Shown here in pieces: positions 17,791 to 26,250 of a stretch of DNA of 64,000 nt. The first letter of the stretch is position 1, and each line of letters starts with the position of its first letter. The notes below the pieces were generated by a model, which was given only the letters and a program-made list of their open reading frames with translations, searched no databases and was not told the origin of the DNA. Origin of the DNA: Nitrospirales bacterium. GTDB taxonomy: Bacteria; Nitrospirota; Nitrospiria; Nitrospirales; NS-4. Made by a program: the position numbers and the translations under genes. The stretch covers positions 72,471 through 136,470 of the forward strand of contig DASXSU010000031.1 in NCBI GenBank assembly GCA_036505795.1, given 5' to 3'.

Positions 17791-19200
17791 CTACTCACCC
17801 CCGTGCCCTTTGATGTATTCGTTGATGCGGCTGAAATCCTCCATGGTGAGACGCTCATGCCGCAACAGCGTTAAAGCCATTTTCCGGATGTGCGTCAGAT
17901 AATGCGAGTATTTATGAATTCGGGGTTTCTCCGGTGACGTCTTGAATGCGCTCTCCGCACGATCCACGGCGAGCAGGAGGCGATGTACACGATAGTTTCT
18001 CAAAAATTGCATCGACAATTTGTAACCCGCAAAGATGATCGACAGATAGCCTCCGATGCCGGCGAGCGTGTGCGGATCGAGAATCAACGGCGGGTTATGG
18101 TTGTAGAACCTGACCGCGCCATCATGCAGCGGATAATAAAGTTCCTTTTGAGGCGTCGTCTCCACCAGTTTTGTCGCATTCAGGGGCACGTCTTTCAACA
18201 AGTCATGAATACTCGCGGCGAGTTTCGATGCGATTTGATAGACCTGATTGTCACTCAGATCGCTCGACACGGCAAGAATGGTCTTGGTGCCGAGGGTCGT
18301 AATCTCGGACGTTGACACCTTATAGGTGGCCGCGGGTATGGTGACCACTTCGAGGTACGGATAGAGCACCGTGATCGCGGGGGCGTGTTCGATCGTGAGC
18401 AACGTGAGATGCTCGTATTGCGAAATCTGCTGTATGGCCTCGGCATTGAGGCCGACCAAAAAGAAGGCCACGTCAATCTGATCGTGGATCATCTGCTGCA
18501 TGGCTTGCTTGAAATTGAGGTTCTTCACCACCCGATCCACCGGAATGCCGTAGTGGTCCAGCACCAACTGGGCCAGAAACGCGGTCGCGCCGCCGTCCGG
18601 TCCAACATAGACTTTGGAATTGGGTTTTATCTGCCGGACGTCCGTGATCTCCAGATTTTTGCGCGCGACGATATGCAGCGGTGATTTATACAGCGGCATC
18701 AACGCCCGCAATCTGATTTCATGCACCCCTTGACTATGCGACGGTTCACGCCGCTGCAGATCAATCGAGCACAACGGCGGTTTTTCAAAATGCATCGGAA
18801 GCCCATCTTCAGCCAGCGCGAGCTGAGCGCGACCGGTATTGAGGTAGTAGATGTTATCCAGAGCGCCGCACGATTCGCGGGACACGACACGCGGCACGAT
18901 TTTCACCTTCGTCAGACGTTCCATGTCGGTCGGCTTGTTGATCGCTTCCGCCAATCCCGGTCCCAGCGTCGCACTCGTGCCCCCAGCGGGGCCGGTATAC
19001 AGATAATACGTGGTCTGACTGCGGATCACGAGAAGAGCCCCGGCGTAGAACAAGGGGATGAGCAGCAGAAAGAGGACGACCCACCACTGATGGCTCAGGA
19101 AAAACCTGTTCAAGAAACGTGTGTGCCGTATCCGGGTGTAGGCTACATTGAGCTTCTTGAGTGCCCGATATCCGGGTGCGAGCTGCGGCGTGCGACTCAT
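17791..19200 (-). CDS. Membrane-anchored TAXI-like (TRAP-type) solute-binding domain protein
   Basis: 469 aa. An N-terminal TM is followed by YTGPAGGTSATLGPGLAEAINK and, near the end of the domain, PLHDGAVRFYN; both resemble TAXI-family motifs. A second TM and a helical cytoplasmic tail follow. No DctQ/DctM permease gene is nearby. Confidence 0.5.
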   Translation of the reverse strand: MSRTPQLAPGYRALKKLNVAYTRIRHTRFLNRFFLSHQWWVVLFLLLIPLFYAGALLVIRSQTTYYLYTGPAGGTSATLGPGLAEAINKPTDMERLTKVKIVPRVVSRESCGALDNIYYLNTGRAQLALAEDGLPMHFEKPPLCSIDLQRREPSHSQGVHEIRLRALMPLYKSPLHIVARKNLEITDVRQIKPNSKVYVGPDGGATAFLAQLVLDHYGIPVDRVVKNLNFKQAMQQMIHDQIDVAFFLVGLNAEAIQQISQYEHLTLLTIEHAPAITVLYPYLEVVTIPAATYKVSTSEITTLGTKTILAVSSDLSDNQVYQIASKLAASIHDLLKDVPLNATKLVETTPQKELYYPLHDGAVRFYNHNPPLILDPHTLAGIGGYLSIIFAGYKLSMQFLRNYRVHRLLLAVDRAESAFKTSPEKPRIHKYSHYLTHIRKMALTLLRHERLTMEDFSRINEYIKGHGGE

Positions 19201-19648
19201 CGCGTCCCCTGCGTAACTTTTCGCTATTTAAAAGGTAGAGACGCAAGCGGTGAGGAGCAATACCACTCCCGTGGTGTAATAAGAAGCGAGGCGGTCATGC
19301 GGGACGCACGACAGGGAGAAAGCGCGGCTGACGCGAATGTAGGCTGGCCTCTTCGACCACTGCCGCGTGGCCGGCCACAGATGTGCGCAGAAAATCGACT
19401 CTGAATCGAATTATTTATTTGCATCCGGCCGAAATTGTTATCGCTGATGTGTTGAAAATCGCCGTTGTAGAGCTTGTTGATGAGCCCGGGATCGTAACAA
19501 ACGCTTTCCATCGAAGCCAAGGCGGCCAACGAAAAAGACCCAAGACCCTTGACACTTTCGGCGTGGATGAATAAGAGTTGGCTCGTCGCTTTTCTGTAGG
19601 GTGGAGTGAATTGCGCAACGAGTTCATCAATTGCGAAAGGGTTAGTCA

Positions 19649-21352
19649 GTGAGCATGTCGCTTGGGATGCTGGTGCCGCTGCTGCCCCTTCTGGCAGTGA
19701 TTATTGTCCTCGTGGGGGAACCCGAGACGCAGTACGTACGGTCGAAGGTAGGCGTTCTGCCTCTGGCCGCGTCGTTCGGTGGTTCCCTCATCACGTTAGT
19801 GCTGGTCGCGTCGGATGGAGCTATTACCATCCGGTTCTATGATCCATCGTTCATCGCCAATGTTGCCCTTCCTTTAGGCTTCCACATCGATCGACTCAGC
19901 GCAGTCATGCTGGTCCTTATCTCGGGCGTTGGGACCATTGTCTACGGCTATTCAGTCAATTACATGTTCCAGGACCGTGGCTATCGCCGTTTCCTCGCCC
20001 TCATCGGGGTCACCACCTTTGTCCTCCTTTGCATGGTATCGAGCATCAACTTGGTGATGCTGTTTGTGTTCTGGCAACTCCTGAGTTACCTGCTCGCGTT
20101 GCTTGCTCACAATCTGTCGCATCCAGCCACGCTACAGGGAGCGTTCCGAACGTTTACGCTCCTACGAGTGGGCGACGTGGCATTTCTCGCGGGGATCATT
20201 CTCGCGTATGCCTTGTACGGAACAATCGAGTTTCAGGAGTTATTCAGCCGGGCCGCCGATACACCGATCACGCTCTCACTCTTTCCTGGAATCGAGATGA
20301 CGGGGAGCACAGCGGTGACGCTCCTTATTTTCATCGGGGCGATGAGCAAGTCGGCACAGTTTCCGCTCCACATTTGGCTTCCGAGTTCGCTCTATGCTCC
20401 GACGCCGGTCCATGCGCTGCTTCATGCCGGAATTATTAATGCCGGAGGATTCTTGATAAACCGACTCGCCCCTTTATACGGATTAAGCCCGCCAACCCTA
20501 CACGTTGCTTTTGTGATCGGCACGCTCACCGCTTTCCTGGGGGCCTCCATGATGCTGACACAAAATGACATCAAAAAAACGCTGGGTTTCTCCACGATCG
20601 GCCAAATGGGCTATATGATCATGGAATGCGGCTTAGGGGCATTCGCTTTAGCAATCTTTCATCTCATTGCGCACGGGCTTTTCAAAGCGACGGTGTTCCT
20701 GAATTGCGGCAATGTCATCCATAAAGCCCGGCAGGAGCCCTTGCTTCCGATGAGGCCGGCGGCCCAAGAGGCGGAGTTTTCAGGTCTCACCTGGACAACC
20801 GGGTTTTTCACAATACTCCTGATGCCACTCATAATTCTGCTCGCGGCCCATGGAGCGTTGCAGATCCCGATCCTCGATTCTCAGGGGTCGGTGATCTTCC
20901 TCTTCTTTATCTGGGTAACCTCTACCCAGGCGATTTTGACACTCACCCGCTTGCGTGGGGTCGCGTCGTGGAAAGTTTCGGGCGCCATGCTCCTCATTCT
21001 GCTTTTCGTGGTGTTCACCTATCTCTTCGCCGCCAAGCGCTTCACAACATTTCTCTACCCGGATCGAGAAGAGGTGGCTGCTTACTTCAGGGCTGCTGCG
21101 CTTCCCGGGCCGGTTTTTGATAGCCTCGTGGTGATCAGCACTGTGCTTATTGTCGCGGGCTGGTTTTACCTCTACTCACGGACGCGTGGCGAGCGGATAC
21201 CATTACCCTCGTGGGTGGAAACAGTCCGCGCTAGCCTGTACCTGTTATTCATGAATCGCCTCTATCTCGATGTGGCGTATTCTAAACTTGGAGCCGCTGT
21301 GATGCGCCTGGCTTACCGCTTAGACCGGAGCTGGCTCGGGAGGGTGCTCTGA
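19649..21352 (+). CDS. dabB: DabB-type NuoL/MrpA-like proton-conducting membrane subunit
   Basis: 567 aa and polytopic. The Proton_antipo_M signatures are SAQFPLHIWLPSSLYAPTPVHALLHAGIINAGG and NDIKKTLGFSTIGQMGYM. It is the first gene of an operon that contains a DUF2309 gene. The start is GTG at 19649 or ATG at 19655. Confidence 0.75.
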   Translation: MSMSLGMLVPLLPLLAVIIVLVGEPETQYVRSKVGVLPLAASFGGSLITLVLVASDGAITIRFYDPSFIANVALPLGFHIDRLSAVMLVLISGVGTIVYGYSVNYMFQDRGYRRFLALIGVTTFVLLCMVSSINLVMLFVFWQLLSYLLALLAHNLSHPATLQGAFRTFTLLRVGDVAFLAGIILAYALYGTIEFQELFSRAADTPITLSLFPGIEMTGSTAVTLLIFIGAMSKSAQFPLHIWLPSSLYAPTPVHALLHAGIINAGGFLINRLAPLYGLSPPTLHVAFVIGTLTAFLGASMMLTQNDIKKTLGFSTIGQMGYMIMECGLGAFALAIFHLIAHGLFKATVFLNCGNVIHKARQEPLLPMRPAAQEAEFSGLTWTTGFFTILLMPLIILLAAHGALQIPILDSQGSVIFLFFIWVTSTQAILTLTRLRGVASWKVSGAMLLILLFVVFTYLFAAKRFTTFLYPDREEVAAYFRAAALPGPVFDSLVVISTVLIVAGWFYLYSRTRGERIPLPSWVETVRASLYLLFMNRLYLDVAYSKLGAAVMRLAYRLDRSWLGRVL

Positions 21353-21357
21353 CGGCA

Positions 21358-22656
21358 ATGATGACTGCATGTGTTGTGCTCGTCGCGACTCCAGTCGCGG
21401 GCGCGATGCTGGGCCTGCTCCTGTGGAGCAACGCTCAGGCGCTAAAGGTATGTCTTCTCCTCACCACAGTGGTGAGTCTCGTCACTATCGGATGGACTGC
21501 AGGAACCTTGCCAGGAGACATTGGTGGATTTCCCTTACTCACGCTCCTTCCGCTCATAGCGTTTATAACCTTGTTGGGACAGCCCGTACACCATAGCCTC
21601 CGTGCGACCTGGTTGGTAACGCTACTTTTTCTTGGATTGGGACTGGGCGCCTTGGTTTGCGAGCCACCAGTATCACAAATCTTCTTTCTTGTTCTCCTAG
21701 CCCTCGTCGGTTTGACGCTCTATCAATATCGGCACCAAGCAGTATTTGATGCTTGGTTGGGGATAGGGACGGTGGGTCTCGGAATGCTCTGTCTCATAGT
21801 CGCCATGATCCTAGCCCCTCCAGTTTCATTCATTATGTTCGCCGTCGCATGTGGCATCGCGCTACCGCTGGTGCCGTTTCACAAAAGTTATGTTGCGGCA
21901 CTGACAGGGTTGCCGGGCAACCTGCCGTCCTTTCTTGCAGTCTTGCTGCCCGTCGTTGGATTCCAGGGGCTACTGACCCTGTACCCTCAACTTCCTGACG
22001 TCCTGATTGAGGGAGCCTCCATACTTGCACTGGTGGGAATGGTCTACGGTTCCTTGAAAGCATTGACTCAATCCCGCGCGGCATCGGTCGTGACCTACGG
22101 CAGTCTGGCCTTCTTCTCTATTCTTTGGTGGAATCTCGCCACAACGAGGACTGCAGCACCACCGACTGTCGTATATCTCAGTGCGGTTGGTCTCGCCACG
22201 AGTGGGCTGCTCATTGCCAGGTATGCGCTGCGGGCTCGTTACGGTGAGATTGATCTGCGTGCGTTGACCGGGCTGGCCGAGCGCATGCCTCGATTCGCCC
22301 TCGCCCTGTCACTATTGACCGTCGCAGCCTTGGGTCTCCCGCCGTTTGGAGTGTTTTCCGGTTTTATCGGGATGCTGCTCGCTCCGTCGTTGACGTTGTC
22401 CGGGGGCTTGGCCGTTATTCTTATGGTCTGGCTGTGCGCCTCCTGGTATTTTTTTGATCTCGCGCACGGACTGTTGTTCGGTCGCCAACGACATGAGCGG
22501 CAGCATGAGGATCTGCGCCCTTCTGAACTGGCTTCTTTGGCCATCGTGCTGGCGCTCTTAATCGCCTTGGGTGTTGCGCCCGCTCACCTTTTTGACCCTG
22601 GACCGGCAACCCTCCAGCCGACCGTCGCGATGGAGCCCCCTGCATGGACCAAATAA
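21358..22656 (+). CDS. Second, degenerate NuoM/NuoN/MrpD-like membrane subunit
   Basis: 432 aa and polytopic. It has recognisable but substituted family motifs: LPLVPFHKSYVAALTGLPG, LKALTQSRAASVVTYGSLAFFS and AALGLPPFGVFSGF. A 5-nt gap separates it from dabB, and it overlaps dabA by 13 nt. Confidence 0.6.
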   Translation: MMTACVVLVATPVAGAMLGLLLWSNAQALKVCLLLTTVVSLVTIGWTAGTLPGDIGGFPLLTLLPLIAFITLLGQPVHHSLRATWLVTLLFLGLGLGALVCEPPVSQIFFLVLLALVGLTLYQYRHQAVFDAWLGIGTVGLGMLCLIVAMILAPPVSFIMFAVACGIALPLVPFHKSYVAALTGLPGNLPSFLAVLLPVVGFQGLLTLYPQLPDVLIEGASILALVGMVYGSLKALTQSRAASVVTYGSLAFFSILWWNLATTRTAAPPTVVYLSAVGLATSGLLIARYALRARYGEIDLRALTGLAERMPRFALALSLLTVAALGLPPFGVFSGFIGMLLAPSLTLSGGLAVILMVWLCASWYFFDLAHGLLFGRQRHERQHEDLRPSELASLAIVLALLIALGVAPAHLFDPGPATLQPTVAMEPPAWTK

Positions 22657-25600
22657 AACGCACCGGAGACCCCGACACCCGACGCATGGAGCTTCGCGGC
22701 GTTGTTCGCGTCGCCGGCGAAGTGATTGCGCAGTACTGGCCGATGCGTACCTTCATACATCACAATCCGCTTCATAGCTTGGAGTATCTTCCTTTTGAGA
22801 CAACAGTCCGGCGTGGCCAGAAGTTCTTGGGAGGCTACGGTTACGTCTCCGGAAGGAACTTTCGAGGCTACCTTCGCTCCGGCAGAATCCTGTTCCGTCA
22901 TCTTGACGAGGCCATACAACGGCTGGCACATAATCAGTCCGTCACCGTTGGTCCCTGCCGAATCGCACACCAAGATGTTCTGCGAGCCTGCATGACTCAT
23001 GGACTCTGCGCGACGACTCCGGAACCGCTGGACGTCTTGCTGAATCCAGGATCGAACGAAGAGCTGGTGTTCGCACTGGCCGATCACCTGACAGCAGCTT
23101 TGACCGCCCCAACGATCGAGGATCGGATTGCAACCGATGTCCGCGAAGACCTGGCTGAGTTGGGGAGCTATGTCCCTCTCTCTAACTGGTGCGACCGTAC
23201 CCTCGGCACGGAGATCGTCAGCCTCGTGAACACCGAACTGATCAAGTGGTGTGAGGCATTCCTGGACGAGGGGGATGCCACCTGGTCGATGCCGGGACGA
23301 GACCAGGGGCTTTATAATGCCTGGAAGGCGCTTGCCGCCCAGGAGTGGTCGCCCTGCAGCATTAAGGACAGTCGCCGAAAGATAGGCGATCTTCCGGAGC
23401 ACCCGGAAGATGCGGTAATCGAGAGCCTTGAGATCCTTGGAATTCCCGACGAGCACCGACAGGACTATCTCTCGCTCCAGCTTACGGCTCTTCCCGGTTG
23501 GGCGGGCTACATCAAATGGCGCGCGGAACAGCAGAACTACAGCTGGCAACAGGTTTATCCAGCCAATCTCGTACAGTTCCTCGCAGTCCGTCTGTGGTAT
23601 GTGCGCGAGCTGGTCCAAAAAGCCTGCCATGAAGCGCTGGATATTCAGGGAAACTTCCGCGCAATCTCGGGCTACATGCAGAACCATCCGCACGCGTATT
23701 TCTTGCGGAAGGAACAGGTTGCCGGACGGTTGCCTGCCGCCTATTCGGAGCAGGTACAACGGCTATCGAGGAGCAACAGCAACGAATGGAAGGAGTTATC
23801 CGAGCGTTTGGAAATCGACACCCGGCCGCAACGGGACCTGTCGCTGCGCCTTGTTGCAGCCCGCCGGCTTCTTAACCTGGGGCAGGCCTTGGAAATCGTG
23901 CCAACCGCGTTGATCGGCGCCAATCCAAAGGATCTTGCCAAGCTCGTCAGCTGGATGGATGCATTTCCCGAACCCGAGCACGGACCGGTTTGGCTCAAAG
24001 CGTTTGAAGCAAGATACCAGGAACAATTATTCCGAATGCTGATGCGGACGGCGGGAAGTCACGGAAGTTCCGCACCCGTACGACCTCAGTCACAAGCAGT
24101 CTTTTGTATCGATGTGCGCTCTGAGCCCTTTCGACGTCACCTGGAATCGACGGGAGCGAATGAGACTTACGGATTCGCCGGCTTTTTTGCCGTCTTTATT
24201 CGTCATCGCGCGTGGGGAAAGGAACATTACACAGAGCAGTTCCCGGCGATCATGCGGGCTCGAAATGAAGTGCGGGAGCTACCCCGCAGTTATCTCGAAC
24301 ACATGGTGCCCAAGCATACGTCGAGAACTAAATTGGTTCATGCAGGCCACACACTCTTGCACGATTTGAAAGAGAACGTGGTCACGGCCTATGTCATGGT
24401 GGAATCTCTGGGATGGTTCTATGGCATTCCAATCGTCGGCAAAACTGTAACGCCTGCCCTGTACAAGCGTCTGGCATCGTGGGTACAACGCCGATTGGTG
24501 CCTTCGATCGCCACCATTCTCACCGTGGATAAATTATCACCCGCAGACATCGAGGAGATGTTGGTGGCGGAACAGCGTTCCACCATCTGGAAAGCCTTAC
24601 GCGACCGGGTCGGGGTCCGCGCCTCCCGGATTTCTGCGGAATTCGTGGAAGCGCTGCGCCTCCAGGCCTTGAACGGAGAAAAAGGTGCGGAGCCGTCGTT
24701 GATCGGGGCCGGCCGGGAACTCGCGCTCTCGAAAGATGATCTCGTAGCGTTTGTTGAGACGCTGCGGCGACAGTACCGGATCACTCAACGATCAGCCTCG
24801 TGGCAAAAGGAACGGATCACGCGCACCGGGTTCACGCTCGACGAGCAGGTACTCACGGTGGAAACGGCCCTCCGCATGATGGGGCTTATCCGTAACTTCG
24901 CCCGGGTCGTGCTGTTTTGCGCCCACGCCAGCACCTCCGAGAATAATCCGTATGAATCTGCTTTGGATTGCGGAGCCTGCGGGGGCAATGAGGGAAAACC
25001 TAACGCGCGCGTGCTCGCCATGATGGCGAACAATCCCAAGGTGAGGGAACGGTTGACGAAGAATGGCATCGACATTCCTTCGGACACGCATTTTCTCGCC
25101 GGCCAAGTCGACACGACTACCGACGAGGTGCAACTCTTCGACCTTGAAGATGTGCTGCCCAGCCATCGGAAGGACGTGGCTCGGCTGCTGGACGATCTTC
25201 ACGAGGCCGCACAGCTTACGAGCCAGGAGCGCTGTGCCCGGTTCCCGGAGGCTAAAGAAGCGTTACCCCCGGCGCAGGCCTGGACGTACGCACGCGAGCG
25301 CAGTGTAGACTGGAGTCAGGTGCGTCCTGAGTGGGGCTTATCCGGCAATACCTCATTCATCATCGGCCGGCGTGACCTCACGAAGGGCCTGAATCTAGGC
25401 GGGCGCGTCTTCCTGCATTCCTATGATTACCGAGAAGACCCGACCAATAGGTTGTTGGAGGTAATCATGACGGGGCCGCAAGTCGTCGCCCAATGGATCA
25501 ACATGGAGCATTACTTCTCTACCGTCGATAATGAGGTGTACGGCAGCGGAAGCAAAATTTATCATAACGTCGTCGGGAGACTCGGGATCATGTCGGGGCC

Positions 25601-25895
25601 TTGGAGCGATCTACGACTCGGCTTGGCCTGGCAGACGGTGATGAACGGAGAGGCGCCCTATCACGAGCCCATGCGACTGTTGACCATTATTGAAGCCCGA
25701 TGTTCGGACATCGAGAAACTAATCAGGCGGCACGAGGTGTTGCAGCATTTCTATCACAACGAGTGGGTGCACCTCGTCGCGCTCGACCCAGAGGACGGAA
25801 CCTTGTATCGGTACAGATCAACGGGGGGGTGGAGCAATGTCGCCGTTGGACCGACACGCATAAATGGAACGAAGGGAAAGGAGTCGGTTGAATGA
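22644..25895 (+). CDS. dabA: DabA (DUF2309) inorganic-carbon pump subunit, long form
   Basis: 1083 aa. The DUF2309-type N-terminus is YWPMRTFIHHNPLHSLEYLPFE. Putative Zn ligands are FCIDVRSE (Cys at 24105, Asp at 24111) and CAHAS...LDCGACGG (His at 24924, Cys at 24969). It is adjacent to a NuoL-like gene. Confidence 0.85.
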   Translation: MDQIKRTGDPDTRRMELRGVVRVAGEVIAQYWPMRTFIHHNPLHSLEYLPFETTVRRGQKFLGGYGYVSGRNFRGYLRSGRILFRHLDEAIQRLAHNQSVTVGPCRIAHQDVLRACMTHGLCATTPEPLDVLLNPGSNEELVFALADHLTAALTAPTIEDRIATDVREDLAELGSYVPLSNWCDRTLGTEIVSLVNTELIKWCEAFLDEGDATWSMPGRDQGLYNAWKALAAQEWSPCSIKDSRRKIGDLPEHPEDAVIESLEILGIPDEHRQDYLSLQLTALPGWAGYIKWRAEQQNYSWQQVYPANLVQFLAVRLWYVRELVQKACHEALDIQGNFRAISGYMQNHPHAYFLRKEQVAGRLPAAYSEQVQRLSRSNSNEWKELSERLEIDTRPQRDLSLRLVAARRLLNLGQALEIVPTALIGANPKDLAKLVSWMDAFPEPEHGPVWLKAFEARYQEQLFRMLMRTAGSHGSSAPVRPQSQAVFCIDVRSEPFRRHLESTGANETYGFAGFFAVFIRHRAWGKEHYTEQFPAIMRARNEVRELPRSYLEHMVPKHTSRTKLVHAGHTLLHDLKENVVTAYVMVESLGWFYGIPIVGKTVTPALYKRLASWVQRRLVPSIATILTVDKLSPADIEEMLVAEQRSTIWKALRDRVGVRASRISAEFVEALRLQALNGEKGAEPSLIGAGRELALSKDDLVAFVETLRRQYRITQRSASWQKERITRTGFTLDEQVLTVETALRMMGLIRNFARVVLFCAHASTSENNPYESALDCGACGGNEGKPNARVLAMMANNPKVRERLTKNGIDIPSDTHFLAGQVDTTTDEVQLFDLEDVLPSHRKDVARLLDDLHEAAQLTSQERCARFPEAKEALPPAQAWTYARERSVDWSQVRPEWGLSGNTSFIIGRRDLTKGLNLGGRVFLHSYDYREDPTNRLLEVIMTGPQVVAQWINMEHYFSTVDNEVYGSGSKIYHNVVGRLGIMSGPWSDLRLGLAWQTVMNGEAPYHEPMRLLTIIEARCSDIEKLIRRHEVLQHFYHNEWVHLVALDPEDGTLYRYRSTGGWSNVAVGPTRINGTKGKESVE

Positions 25896-26230
25896 GTGAG
25901 CTGACGTTGCACCCGATGAAGGAAATCCGTGTGATTGTCGCAGGTGAACACAAGGCTTTTGTGACCGAGTTGCTGGAGGCTCAAGCGACCGGCTACACGG
26001 TTATCGGCAATGTCTCCGGGAAAGGCCATCACGGCGTTCGTGAAGCTCACTTTATGTTCAGTGAGCAGGAGAGCCTCGTGATGATTATGACGGTCGTGCC
26101 CGAAGAGAAGGTCGAACCGATCTTGGCCGGATTGCGGCCGCTGTTCGCCCGTCACTCCGGCGTGATGTTCGTGGCTGATGTGGCGGTCAGCCGACGGGAG
26201 TACTTCGGGAAAAGCTTGACCGGTTCCTGA
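25892..26230 (+). CDS. PII-like signal transduction protein
   Basis: 112 aa. The sequence MKEIRVIVAGEHKAFVTELLEAQATGYTVIGNVSGKGHHG... has the beta-alpha-beta layout and G-x-G loop region of the P-II family. Its ATG overlaps the dabA TGA stop (ATGA). Confidence 0.65.
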   Translation: MSELTLHPMKEIRVIVAGEHKAFVTELLEAQATGYTVIGNVSGKGHHGVREAHFMFSEQESLVMIMTVVPEEKVEPILAGLRPLFARHSGVMFVADVAVSRREYFGKSLTGS

Positions 26231-26250
26231 GCGGCCTGCGGCGACCGGCT

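Noticed and set aside
19578-19595. A possible sigma-54 promoter (TTGGCTCGTCGCTTTTC) upstream of dabB, and TGGCAC at 42028-42033 upstream of the ferredoxin gene.
   Set aside because: In both cases the -24 GG is present but the -12 element is not. The first has TTTT instead of TTGC at the required spacing, and the second has ACAC. Neither is good enough to call.
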